From Nocardioides sp. (GTDB taxonomy: Bacteria > Actinomycetota > Actinomycetes > Propionibacteriales > Nocardioidaceae): DNA of 64,000 bases. How positions within the stretch are numbered: position 1 is the first letter of the stretch; each line of letters starts with the position of its first letter. Positions 56,086 to 64,000 of the stretch are shown here, in pieces. A program made the position numbers and the translations under genes. The DNA lies in the NCBI GenBank assembly GCA_036270075.1, contig DATBDF010000152.1, forward strand, positions 1,532 to 65,531. Reading direction: 5' to 3'. The notes under the pieces were generated by a model. The model did no database searches. It saw nothing but the letters and a program-made list of their open reading frames with translations, and had not been told where the DNA came from.

Positions 56086-56501
56086 GGGCTGCCGGGCGCC
56101 GGCACGGTCGTGGAGGCAACCCTGGTCGCGATCTCCGCCACGCTGAGTCCCAGGGCGCCGGCGATCGCCGCCAGCAGCTCGGACGACGGGTCCTTGAGCC
56201 CGCGCTCGACCTCGGAGAGGTACTGCGGCGAGACGCCGGCGTCTTCGGCGACGTCGACCAGTCGCTTGCCGGAGGCCAGCCGTTCGTCGCGGAGCTCGCG
56301 GCCGACGGACTCGCGCCAGAGCGGCTCCACGGTGCGCTCGACGCCGGGCTGGGTCTCGCGGGGCGGCCGGGCCTCCCGGCGTGGCAGCTCGGCCGGCTGC
56401 CCGGTCTGGTGCCCGGTCTGGTGCCCGGTCTGGTGCCCGGCCTCCTGCTCCGTCTCGCGTGGCGGCTCACGGCGTACGGGAAGCTGGACGACATCACCCA
56501 T
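56058..56501 (-). CDS. XRE-family PopR/ClgR-like regulator
   Basis: LWRESVG..VSPQYLSEVERGLKDPSSELL; C-terminal LAA; TAGAGT -10. Confidence 0.82.
   Translation of the reverse strand: MGDVVQLPVRREPPRETEQEAGHQTGHQTGHQTGQPAELPRREARPPRETQPGVERTVEPLWRESVGRELRDERLASGKRLVDVAEDAGVSPQYLSEVERGLKDPSSELLAAIAGALGLSVAEIATRVASTTVPAPGSPQSPVCLAA
56399..56440. repeat. 12-bp tandem repeat x3.5 (encodes GHQT)
   Basis: GCCCGGTCTGGT repeated. Confidence 0.85.
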
Positions 56502-56541
56502 GGAGCGACTCTAGGCTCCGGTCGGTGCCCAGGCCGATCGA

Positions 56542-56558
56542 TTCTGCTCAGGGCAGAA
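56542..56558. promoter_or_regulatory. PopR-type operator upstream of the regulator
   Basis: TTCTGCTCAGGGCAGAA (TCTGC(C/T)-N3-GGCAGA). Confidence 0.65.
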
Positions 56559-56610
56559 CCTGGGCAACATCGCTCAAGCCCGGCCGCCGTCCGACGAGGA
56601 GACTGGAGCC

Positions 56611-57246
56611 ATGGTGGGTGCCAGCATCGAGGCCGTCTGCGTCGTGCACGAGATCGTCGACGGGTACTTCCATCCGACCGCGATCGACAAGCGCCCGGTG
56701 GCAGGTGCGGTCCGGATAGACGAGCTGGGGCCGATGGGCGACCAGCACGTCGACAAGGCGCACGGCGGCCGCGATGCCGCCGTCTACGTCTACGCCGCCG
56801 AGGACGCCGCGTACTTCGCGCAGCAGCTCGACCGGGAGATCCCGCCCGGTCTGTTCGGGGACAACGTCCGGTCCCGCGGCCTCGACGTCACGAGCTCGAA
56901 GCTCGGCGAGCGCTGGTGGCTCGGTGAGCCCGGGACCGGCGTCCTGCTCGAGGTGCGCAAGCCACGCACGCCCTGCCACAACTTCTCGATGCGGATGGGC
57001 ATCGAGGGCTTCCATGTCGGCTTCAACCGCACGGGACGCGTCGGGGCGATGTGCCGTGTGCTCGAGCCGGGAGTCGTCCGTGCCGGTGACGTGATCACCG
57101 TCGACCACGAGCCCGACCACGAGGTGTCGATCGGGGTGCTGGTGACCGGGATGACCCCCGCTCAGGCGCAGGGTCTGCTCGACTCCGAGGTCTCGCTGAC
57201 GTCGGCCGTGCGCGCCAAGGCGCAGCGGTACGCCGACCGCGGCTGA
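56611..57246 (+). CDS. MOSC domain protein (YiiM-like)
   Basis: TAIDKRPV, HGGRD, FGDN, PRTPC. Confidence 0.87.
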   Translation: MVGASIEAVCVVHEIVDGYFHPTAIDKRPVAGAVRIDELGPMGDQHVDKAHGGRDAAVYVYAAEDAAYFAQQLDREIPPGLFGDNVRSRGLDVTSSKLGERWWLGEPGTGVLLEVRKPRTPCHNFSMRMGIEGFHVGFNRTGRVGAMCRVLEPGVVRAGDVITVDHEPDHEVSIGVLVTGMTPAQAQGLLDSEVSLTSAVRAKAQRYADRG

Positions 57247-57250
57247 TGGC

Positions 57251-58084
57251 TCAGTACGCCTGAGGCGGGCCCGACGGCGGCGGGTACGGCGGCGGCTGGG
57301 GGGCCGTCGCGTGGATCACGAACGTGTTCATGATCTTGTCGGAGAAGGTCTGCCGCCGGGAGTCCCAGATGGGCCAGAGGTAGCCGAGATAGCACGGAAT
57401 CGTGTCGACGACGTGCAGGAGGTTGCGCAGGAAGGCCCAACCCGGCCCGATGGGCTGGAGGTCGGTGTTGACCAGACGGATGGCCAGGACGCTCTTGCCG
57501 ATGGTGGCTCCGGTCCTGCCCTGCCGGATGCAGATGTTCCAGACGTAGAACGCCACGTACGCGACCAGTGAGACCACCATCAGCGCGATCGGGAGGGCGG
57601 CACTTCCGGAGTACTCGGTGGTCTGGGTGCCGTCCGGGTTGACCGTTGTCGTCGTGTCGGCGCCGAGCAGGCTCAGTCCGACGAACAGCGGGATCAGCGT
57701 GGCGGTGAAGCAAAGACCGTCGATCAGGTAGGCACCCACGCGGGTCAGCCAGCTGGCGTAGCCAGCGAACCCGAAGGTGGGCTTGATGGTGGCCGGACCG
57801 GCGTACGGGTTGGCGGGGCTCCCGGGCTGTCCGGGGGCGGCGTACGGCGACGGCTGACCGTAGGGCGCCGTCTGCTCGTAGGGGTTCGGCTGGCCGTACG
57901 GGCTCGCCTCCGGAGGCGGGGCCGGTGAGGCGTACGGGCTCTGGTGCTGGCCGGACGAAGATCCGGGGACGTCGTTCCAGTTGTCGGGATAGGGGTTGTA
58001 CCGCTGTGGCTCGGGGGCCGTCTGTGCCGAACCCTCCTCGTGGGGGTCCGACGGCGGGTCGACTGGCGGGCCGGCGTGCGACAT
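57251..58084 (-). CDS. RDD family membrane protein with Pro/Gln/Tyr-rich N-terminus
   Basis: RVGAYLID, GATIGK, QTFSDKI. Confidence 0.85.
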   Translation of the reverse strand: MSHAGPPVDPPSDPHEEGSAQTAPEPQRYNPYPDNWNDVPGSSSGQHQSPYASPAPPPEASPYGQPNPYEQTAPYGQPSPYAAPGQPGSPANPYAGPATIKPTFGFAGYASWLTRVGAYLIDGLCFTATLIPLFVGLSLLGADTTTTVNPDGTQTTEYSGSAALPIALMVVSLVAYVAFYVWNICIRQGRTGATIGKSVLAIRLVNTDLQPIGPGWAFLRNLLHVVDTIPCYLGYLWPIWDSRRQTFSDKIMNTFVIHATAPQPPPYPPPSGPPQAY

Positions 58085-58197
58085 GTGACCTGTCCCCTCG
58101 TGTGTGCGTGGCGCGGCGGGGATCCGATGCCCTCGCCCGGCACGAGTATCGGGTTCCGCAGGGCGCTTGGGCGGGAGGAACGCGCCGAAGGGGCTTG

Positions 58198-58235
58198 CAT
58201 ACCGAGTATGGTCACGGGTATACATACTCGGTATC
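58198..58235. promoter_or_regulatory. PadR operator pair overlapping a promoter
   Basis: CATACCGAGTATG and CATACTCGGTATC; TTGCAT -35 at 58195. Confidence 0.65.
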
Positions 58236-58283
58236 CACGCCACGGGGGACGTGGAACGCGGTGGATCACGGGAGGTGTCGCCG

Positions 58284-58877
58284 GTGTCGGTGCGCAACGC
58301 CTTGCTGGCCCTGCTGGAGCAGGGCCCGCGGTACGGCTACCAGCTGCGAGCGGAGTTCGAGGACCGCACCGGCGGCACCTGGCCGCTGAACGTCGGGCAG
58401 GTCTACACGACGTTGGCCCGGCTCGAGCGGGACGGCCTCGTCGAGGGCAAGGGCGAGGACGGCGACGGGCATGTCGTGTACGCCGTCACCGACCGGGGTC
58501 GGGAGGAGGTCGCCGCCTGGTTCTCCTCGCCGGTCCCGCGGACCCAGCCACCACGCGAGGAGCTCGCGATCAAGCTGGCGCTGGCCGTGAGCGTGCCCGG
58601 GGTCGAGGTCGGGACCGTGATCCAGCAGCAGCGCTCCGCGACCATGACCGCGCTGCAGGACTACACGCGGCTGAAGCGACGGGCCACGGGGGACGACCCG
58701 CACGAGCTCGCCTGGAGCCTGGTGCTCGACTCCCTGGTCTTCAACGCGGAGGCGGAGATCCGGTGGCTCGACCACTGCGAGGCGCGCCTGCGCCGGGCGG
58801 CCCACGATCGTGACGACCGCACGAATGACGACCCGACCGGGATCCCGACCTCGTCGTCGGAGGAGGTGGCGCGATGA
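58284..58877 (+). CDS. PadR family regulator
   Basis: SVRNALLALL, YGYQL, WPLNVGQVYTTLARL. Confidence 0.9.
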   Translation: MSVRNALLALLEQGPRYGYQLRAEFEDRTGGTWPLNVGQVYTTLARLERDGLVEGKGEDGDGHVVYAVTDRGREEVAAWFSSPVPRTQPPREELAIKLALAVSVPGVEVGTVIQQQRSATMTALQDYTRLKRRATGDDPHELAWSLVLDSLVFNAEAEIRWLDHCEARLRRAAHDRDDRTNDDPTGIPTSSSEEVAR

Positions 58878-59590
58878 ACGCCGTGCTGGTGCTGGACGCG
58901 GTCACCCGGGTCCACGGGAGCGGGGCCACCGAGGTGACGGCCCTGCGCGAGGTGAGCTTCTCGGCGTACGCCGGGGAGCTGGTGGCCGTGATGGGCCCGT
59001 CGGGGTCCGGGAAGTCGACCCTGCTGACCCTGGCCGGCGGCCTCGACAGCCCGACGTCGGGCGTCGTCCGGGTCGAGGACACCGACCTGGCCGTGCTGGG
59101 GCAGAAGGGGCGCGCGGCCATGCGGCGTACCTCGATCGGCTACGTGTTCCAGGACTTCAACCTGATCCCCGCCCTGACCGCCGTGGAGAACGTCGCTCTC
59201 CCGCGGGAGCTCGACGGCGCGAGCGCGCGGTCGGCGCGCAAGGCGGCGCTCGCGGCGCTGGCGGAGGTCGGGATCGACGACCTGGCCAGGCGCTTCCCCG
59301 ACGAGATGTCCGGTGGGCAGCAGCAGCGGGTCGCGATCGCCCGGGCCATCGTCGGGCAGCGTCGGCTCATCCTGGCCGACGAGCCCACGGGAGCACTCGA
59401 CAGCGAGACCGGCGAAGAGATCCTGCGGTTGCTGCGGGCCCGGTGCGACGCGGGAGCGGCCGGCCTGCTCGTGACGCACGAGGCCCGGCACGCCGCCTGG
59501 GCCGACCGCGTCGTGTTCCTGCGCGACGGCGTGATCGTGGACGAGTCAGGGAGCGACCGACCGGACGCCTTGCTGGAGCAGGCTCGATGA
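58874..59590 (+). CDS. MacB/LolD-type ABC ATP-binding protein
   Basis: GPSGSGKST, SGGQQQR, ADEPTG. Confidence 0.92.
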   Translation: MNAVLVLDAVTRVHGSGATEVTALREVSFSAYAGELVAVMGPSGSGKSTLLTLAGGLDSPTSGVVRVEDTDLAVLGQKGRAAMRRTSIGYVFQDFNLIPALTAVENVALPRELDGASARSARKAALAALAEVGIDDLARRFPDEMSGGQQQRVAIARAIVGQRRLILADEPTGALDSETGEEILRLLRARCDAGAAGLLVTHEARHAAWADRVVFLRDGVIVDESGSDRPDALLEQAR

Positions 59591-62190
59591 AGACCCTCTC
59601 GGGGTGGCGGCTGGCCCTGCGGCTGGCCCGGCGCGAGGCGTGGCGAGCGAAGGGTCGCAGCGCGCTGGTCCTGGTGATGGTGACGTTCCCGGTGGTGGCC
59701 GTGATCGCCGCGGACGTCGCCCAGGCGACCTCGAGCGTGAGCTCGGTCGAAGGCCTGGATCGGCGTATCGGCTCGGCCGAGGCGAAGGTGATGGCGATCC
59801 CCCATGCCGGCCGCGTCGTGCAGGGTGCCGACCCGGACAACCTCAGCAATGTGGAGGGTGGGCAGGGTCCGGCCACGTCCCTGGCCGCGATCGAGCGGAT
59901 CCTCGGCGGCACGCGGCCCGCGCTCGAGCTGCGAACCCGGCAGTCGATGGTCCGCACCGACCTCGGCGTGCTCCGGGTCGACGCCACGGGCGTCGACATG
60001 GCGAGCCCCCTGGCGAAGGGTCTGTCCACCCTGGCCTCGGGGCGCTACCCGCGGACGACGGACGAGGTCGCCGTGAACGGGGCTCTCGCGGACGAGGGGT
60101 TCGCTGTCGGAGACCGGTTGACCCTCGCCGGCGGCAAGTCGGCCACGGTGGTCGGCATCTCCGAGTCCGCCGGGGAGCGGACGACGCCGGTGCTGCTCGG
60201 CCTGCCGCAGTACTTCCCGGGCCCCGGGTCGCAGGGCATCCGGTCCTGGCTCGTCGGCGGCGCGCCGGTGAGCTGGGACCAGGTCCGCGCGCTGAACCGA
60301 GCCGGCGTCCTGGCCCTCTCTCGCGAGGTGGTGGAGCATCCGCCGTCGAAGGATCAGCTCTCGCGGGAGCTCGGGGACCCGTACTCGTCCGACCGCTCGA
60401 CGATCTACGCCGTCCTGGTCCTGATCGGGGTCATGGCGCTGATCGAGGTCGTGCTGCTGGCCGGACCGGCGTTCGCCGTCGGTGCCCGCCGGCAGTCCCG
60501 GAGCCTCGCCCTGATCGCGGCCAACGGAGGTACGCCCACGCAGTCGCGCCGGGTCATCCTCGGCACCGCCGTCGTGATCGGAGCCTTCGCCGCCGTCGTC
60601 GGCATCGTGCTCGGCATCGGCTTGGGGCGCGCCCTCATCCCGTTGCTGCAGTCGATGGCGGACACGTACTTCGGGCCGTTCCAGGTGAGGTGGACCCACG
60701 TCCTCGGCATCGCCGCGTTCGGGCTCGTCAGCGCCTTCCTCGCGGCGGTCGTCCCCGCCTGGATCGCGTCGCGGCAGGACGTCGTCGCGGTGCTCGCGGG
60801 ACGTCGCGGCGACCGGGCCCCGAGCAAGGCCTCGCCGGTCATCGGCGTGGTGCTGACGGCGTCGGGCGTCGTCGTCGCGGTGCTGGGCGCGAAGCGGGAC
60901 GCGGGGGAGCTGATGATCGCCGGCGCCGCCGTGCTGTCGATCTTCGGCATGATCTTCCTGGTGCCGGTGGTCGTGGTGGGAGTGGCGCGGCTCGGTCGGC
61001 GCTTCCCACTGCCCCTGCGGTACGCCGTACGCGACGCGGCGCGCCACCGGACACGGACCGTGCCTGCGGTGGCGGCGGTGGCGGCGACCGTCGCCGGTGT
61101 GGTCGCGCTGTCCATCGGGAACACCAGCGACCAGGCGCAGGCGAAGGCGCAGTACGTCGAAGAGGTCCCGGTGGGGACGGGCGTCGTCACCGACTACGGA
61201 CGGGACCCCCGCTTCTTCGACGAGGCTCGCGCCGCACTCGCAACGGCCGGCTTCACCGCGAGCGCCAGTGAGGGCGTACCCCAGCGTGGCCGCCACCCGA
61301 GGCTCGTGACGATCCGCGGCGCGGACCGCTTCCTGTTCGGCGGTTCCACGGCGACGCTCGGGACGCAAGCGGTGGTGTCCGACCGCCTGCCGTCGTTGCT
61401 GCCGGACGAGATCAGCGACACCGAGCGCGCCGCCGCCGATCGGGTGCTCGCCCGGGGTGGCGTCGTGCTGTTCTCACAGATCCCCTCGCGTCGAGATCGG
61501 GTGACCGTCCGAGCCCAGGTCGTCTCGCACGCCCGCGCGCGAACCGTCGACCAGGCGACCCTGCCGGCGTACGTCGTGACCACCGGCCAGGCGAACGCAC
61601 CGGCCTCCATGGTGCTCACGCCCGGGACCGCCCACCGGTTGGGACTCGAGGTGGCGCCGACGGCCCTGGTGTTCGACGCCTCGCACGCGGACCCGCAGGA
61701 GATCGACCAGCTCCGTCAGCGGATCGGGGCGCTGGACCCGCGCAACGGCTACCTGTACGTCGAGAACGGGTACCAGGTGAACGGGTCCGAGAAGGTCGTG
61801 CTCTGGATCCTGTTCGGGATGGCCGGGGTGCTGATGCTGGGCGGGACGCTCACGGCGACGTTCCTGGCGCTGTCCGATGCGCGGCCGGACCTCGCGACGT
61901 TGTCCGCGGTCGGCGCGTCCCCACGGATGCGCCGCGCGGTGGCTGCGGCGTACGCCGTGTCCGTGGGGCTCGTCGGGGCGATCCTGGGCGCCGCGGTGGG
62001 GCTGGTCCCGGGCATCGCCGTGTCCTACCCGCTCACCCGGAAGTTCACGAGTGGACCCGGGCCGACGCACTACCTCGAGATCCCGTGGCTCCAGATCGTC
62101 GGGCTCGTCGTGCTGCTGCCGCTGGTCACCGCCCTGGTCGTCGGGCTGCTCGCCCGCTCGCGGCTGCCGCTGGTGGCACGCCTGGACTAG
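59587..62190 (+). CDS. FtsX-like ABC permease (two repeats)
   Basis: Two FtsX TM bundles with large extracellular domains; ATGA coupling. Confidence 0.87.
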   Translation: MKTLSGWRLALRLARREAWRAKGRSALVLVMVTFPVVAVIAADVAQATSSVSSVEGLDRRIGSAEAKVMAIPHAGRVVQGADPDNLSNVEGGQGPATSLAAIERILGGTRPALELRTRQSMVRTDLGVLRVDATGVDMASPLAKGLSTLASGRYPRTTDEVAVNGALADEGFAVGDRLTLAGGKSATVVGISESAGERTTPVLLGLPQYFPGPGSQGIRSWLVGGAPVSWDQVRALNRAGVLALSREVVEHPPSKDQLSRELGDPYSSDRSTIYAVLVLIGVMALIEVVLLAGPAFAVGARRQSRSLALIAANGGTPTQSRRVILGTAVVIGAFAAVVGIVLGIGLGRALIPLLQSMADTYFGPFQVRWTHVLGIAAFGLVSAFLAAVVPAWIASRQDVVAVLAGRRGDRAPSKASPVIGVVLTASGVVVAVLGAKRDAGELMIAGAAVLSIFGMIFLVPVVVVGVARLGRRFPLPLRYAVRDAARHRTRTVPAVAAVAATVAGVVALSIGNTSDQAQAKAQYVEEVPVGTGVVTDYGRDPRFFDEARAALATAGFTASASEGVPQRGRHPRLVTIRGADRFLFGGSTATLGTQAVVSDRLPSLLPDEISDTERAAADRVLARGGVVLFSQIPSRRDRVTVRAQVVSHARARTVDQATLPAYVVTTGQANAPASMVLTPGTAHRLGLEVAPTALVFDASHADPQEIDQLRQRIGALDPRNGYLYVENGYQVNGSEKVVLWILFGMAGVLMLGGTLTATFLALSDARPDLATLSAVGASPRMRRAVAAAYAVSVGLVGAILGAAVGLVPGIAVSYPLTRKFTSGPGPTHYLEIPWLQIVGLVVLLPLVTALVVGLLARSRLPLVARLD

Positions 62191-62738
62191 TCGGCCGTCA
62201 GGCGCCGCACCACGCGAGCCGGGTTGCCCACGGCGACCACGGCGGGCGGGAGGTCGCGGGTGACCACCGACCCGGCGCCGACGACCGTGTCGTCGCCGAT
62301 GGTGACGCCGGGACAGACGACGACCGCGCCGCCGAGCCAGGCGTTGCGACCGATGGTGACGGGCTCGGCGCTCTCCCAGCCCTCGCGTCGCTCGTCCGGC
62401 TCGAGGGGATGGGTCGGCGTCAGCAGCTGGACGCCCGGGCCGATGCGGGTGTCGTCGCCGATCGTGATGCGGGCGACGTCGAGGCAGACCAGGCCGAAGT
62501 TCGCGAACACCCGCTCGCCGACGTGGACCTGGTAGCCGTACTCGCACCGGAACGGCGGCCGGATGTTGCTGCCCTTCCCGAACGACCCCAGCAGCTCGGC
62601 CAGCCACGTATCCCGCTCCGTGTCCTGGTCGGGCGTCGCGGCGTTGATCCTCTCGAGCAGCTCCCGGCACCGCCGCGTGTCCTCGTCCAGCGACCCGTCG
62701 AACAGGTACGGCTCACCCGCCAGCATCCGCTCCCGCAT
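62187..62738 (-). CDS. sugar (maltose/galactoside) O-acetyltransferase
   Basis: ERMLAGEPY, hexapeptide repeats, GNPARV; GTG 62756 is an alternative start. Confidence 0.9.
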   Translation of the reverse strand: MRERMLAGEPYLFDGSLDEDTRRCRELLERINAATPDQDTERDTWLAELLGSFGKGSNIRPPFRCEYGYQVHVGERVFANFGLVCLDVARITIGDDTRIGPGVQLLTPTHPLEPDERREGWESAEPVTIGRNAWLGGAVVVCPGVTIGDDTVVGAGSVVTRDLPPAVVAVGNPARVVRRLTAD

Positions 62739-62797
62739 GCTGCGCCCGTCACCCACCCGCGCATCCTGGCACGCCGTACGGCTGGGTCGCGTGCCTG

Positions 62798-62860
62798 GAT
62801 AGTCCCTGACGTTCTGGTGGTGGATCGCGGGAAAACCCGACCATTTCGTCAGGGACTATC
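62798..62860. repeat. palindromic element (copy 2 of the 40980-41042 family)
   Basis: GATAGTCCCTGACG...CGACCATTTCGTCAGGGACTATC, 63 bp like copy 1. Confidence 0.85.
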
Positions 62861-62869
62861 GCCCGATCC

Positions 62870-62899
62870 ACAAACAGACAGGCTTGACTGTTTGTTTGT
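62870..62899. promoter_or_regulatory. TetR operator
   Basis: ACAAACAGACAG-N6-CTGTTTGTTTGT. Confidence 0.65.
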
Positions 62900-62918
62900 T
62901 CGACGGGAGCATGGCCAC

Positions 62919-63512
62919 GTGACGAGCGTCCGGGTCCCGCAGGAGGAGCGGTCGCGGGCGATGCGGGCGCGGTTGATGGACGCCACGATCGAGTGCCTGG
63001 TGGAGCGGGGGTTCGGCGGTACGTCGACGACGCTCATCAGCGAGCGGGCGGGGGTGTCGCGGGGTGCGCAGCTCCACCACTTCCCGACCAAGAACGCCCT
63101 GGTCGTGGCCGCGGTCGCCCACCTGACCGAGGTCCGCGGCGCGGAGCTCGCGGCCGCGGCGGCGGCCGTCCCGGCGGCACGGCGTACCCGCGACGTCGTG
63201 CGGATGCTCGGCGACCACTTCGCCTCGCCGGTGTTCATCGCGGCGCTGGAGCTCTGGGTCGCCGCGCGGACCGACCCCTCCCTCCGTGAGGCCGTCGAGC
63301 CCCTCGAGCGGAGGGTCGGGCGTGACACGCACGAGATGACGGTCCTGCTGCTGAGCGCCGACGAGTCCCGTCCCGGCGTCCGCGAGCTCGTGCAGGCGAC
63401 GCTCGACCTGGTCCGCGGCCTGGGCCTGGCCGCCACGATCAGCGACGACACCCGTCGCCGCAACCGGATCCTCGACCAGTGGGCCCGGACGCTCGACGAG
63501 GCACTTCGATGA
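62919..63512 (+). CDS. TetR family regulator
   Basis: RVPQEERS, ISERAGVSRGAQLHHFPTK. Confidence 0.88.
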   Translation: MTSVRVPQEERSRAMRARLMDATIECLVERGFGGTSTTLISERAGVSRGAQLHHFPTKNALVVAAVAHLTEVRGAELAAAAAAVPAARRTRDVVRMLGDHFASPVFIAALELWVAARTDPSLREAVEPLERRVGRDTHEMTVLLLSADESRPGVRELVQATLDLVRGLGLAATISDDTRRRNRILDQWARTLDEALR

Positions 63513-64000
63513 GCGACCTCCTGGGCGTCGTGCTCGGCGATCTCGCGACGGAGTCCGGCCGCCTCGAGGCGCTGCTGGTCGGACTCCCCGAGGCCGGATG
63601 GCGTACGCCGACACCGGCGCCGGGATGGGACGTCGCCACCCAGATCGCCCACCTGGCCTGGACCGACGAGGCGGCGTACGCCGCGGCCACGGACCGGCAA
63701 CACTGGGACGACCTCGTGGAGGAGGTCATGGCCGATCCCGAGCACAGCATCGACCGCGCCGCGCTGACGGGAGGCGCCGTCGAGCCGCAGGCGCTGCTCG
63801 ACCGGTGGCGCACCTCCCGGCGGCGCCTCGCCGAGACGCTGCGGGAGTACCCGCCGGGTCATCGGATGCCGTGGTACGGCCCGCCGATGTCGTCGACGTC
63901 CATGGCGACCGCGCGCTTCATGGAGACCTGGGCGCACTCCCGCGACGTGCACCAGGCGCTCGGTGCCACTCCCGAGATCACCGACCGCATCCGGCACGTG
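63509..64000 (+). CDS. TIGR03084-like MDMPI-fold metal-binding protein (runs off the window end)
   Basis: PTPAPGWDVATQIAHLAWTD, PWYGPPMS..MATARFMETWAH. Confidence 0.8.
   Translation, partial: MSDLLGVVLGDLATESGRLEALLVGLPEAGWRTPTPAPGWDVATQIAHLAWTDEAAYAAATDRQHWDDLVEEVMADPEHSIDRAALTGGAVEPQALLDRWRTSRRRLAETLREYPPGHRMPWYGPPMSSTSMATARFMETWAHSRDVHQALGATPEITDRIRHV

Noticed and set aside
57780-58010. Pro/Tyr/Gln repeats in the RDD protein N-terminus
   Set aside because: Typical low-complexity region of actinobacterial RDD proteins
58810-59586. Upstream extension making an 1126-aa permease
   Set aside because: Overlaps the ATPase gene; coupled ATG at 59587 is the plausible start
1-64000. tRNA, rRNA, prophage, integrase or transposase
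   Set aside because: No cloverleaf, rRNA signature or recombinase/DDE motifs recognised by eye; weak cases could be missed without tools

Overview
Gene-dense, very GC-rich (about 70% or more) actinobacterial chromosome segment, most consistent with Nocardioidaceae (inferred from gene content and repeat style). It holds about 60 real CDS; most other ORFs in the supplied track are antisense or frame shadows. Recognisable genes include ppc, trpB2, folE, EF-G2, gabD, glpD, ugd, fadA/fadB, a clpP pair, several ABC/MFS transporters and many regulators with visible operators. I found no rRNA, tRNA, CRISPR-Cas, transposase or integrase. The most unusual signals are: (1) a 32-bp-period palindromic repeat array whose 80-bp inverted arms bracket a GNAT gene; (2) a REP-like palindrome inserted and tandemly amplified in frame inside an SDR gene; (3) an internally deleted ECF-sigma-like domain fused to a membrane/extracellular Cys-containing domain; (4) a ClpP plus Ser-less ClpP pair with a PopR/ClgR-like regulator and matching operators; (5) a folE-reductase operon facing a Cys-rich regulator; (6) a CsoR operator shared by csoR and a distant DUF4396 gene. 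All assignments come from reading motifs by eye; no searches were run.
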